Shown in pieces: positions 63,850-64,000 of a DNA stretch of 64,000 nt (positions are counted from its first letter, which is position 1; each line of letters begins with the position of its first letter). The position numbers and the translations under genes are program-made. The notes below the pieces were generated by a model. That model saw only the letters and a list, made by a program, of their open reading frames with translations. It was not told the DNA's origin and did not search any database. The stretch spans positions 1 to 64,000 of IMG/VR virus record IMGVR_UViG_3300046543_000266, one strand, 5' to 3'.

Positions 63850-64000
63850 ATGATATCTATCAGTAGCCCGGTTGCAGGCAGTGTCGTAAGCGGTACGGTG
63901 AACATCACCGGATCGTCCAGTCAATCAGTAAGCGCTCAGGTCGGAGCATCGGCACCCGGTACGCCGGTGGTCCTGCCTAGCGCAAGCTTCTCTGTGTCAG
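63850..64000 (+). CDS. partial gene, Ig-like (Big) domain start
   Basis: GGAG upstream; MISISSPVAGSVVSGTVNITG..; runs off window end. Confidence 0.55.
   Translation, partial: MISISSPVAGSVVSGTVNITGSSSQSVSAQVGASAPGTPVVLPSASFSVS

Overview
This window looks like a 64 kb segment of a GC-rich, large (jumbo-type) lytic bacteriophage genome. About 125 genes are densely packed and essentially all on the + strand; the long - strand ORFs are codon shadows. My impression from codon usage and the adhesin anchor is a Burkholderiales phage of the BcepSauron/BcepSaruman type, but this is recollection and unverified. Recognisable genes: a type IIA topoisomerase pair (GyrB with a Pro1 class-3-like mini-intein; GyrA lacking the pinwheel CTD), a type IB topoisomerase, NAD-dependent DNA ligase, a sigma-70-like factor, a J-domain protein, an HNH nuclease, a collagen/YadA trimeric autotransporter, a calcineurin-like phosphoesterase, acyl-carrier-protein fusions, an Imm-type superinfection immunity protein, an Acb2 anti-CBASS sponge with an extra domain, an Acb1/gp57B-like fold lacking catalytic histidines, a pyrimidine-dimer glycosylase-like protein, PC4-like, MazG-like, Nudix and SprT proteins, plus many small hypotheticals. 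The most striking unannotated signal is a three-layer regulatory grammar. (1) Extended -10 promoters carry a GTTG-N8-CAAC palindrome at -41.5 and a 5' stem-loop. (2) A repeated leader cassette TCTGATA..CTCC-N9-GGAG-N5-6-ATG could hide the Shine-Dalgarno of early genes. (3) Nine exact TAGTAAATA T4-late-like promoter boxes are matched by a candidate phage sigma factor. A second notable feature is a cluster of histone-H1-like, polyacidic and tandem-Tudor proteins around the topoisomerase genes. No tRNA, rRNA or CRISPR array was found. All family calls are by eye, without database searches.
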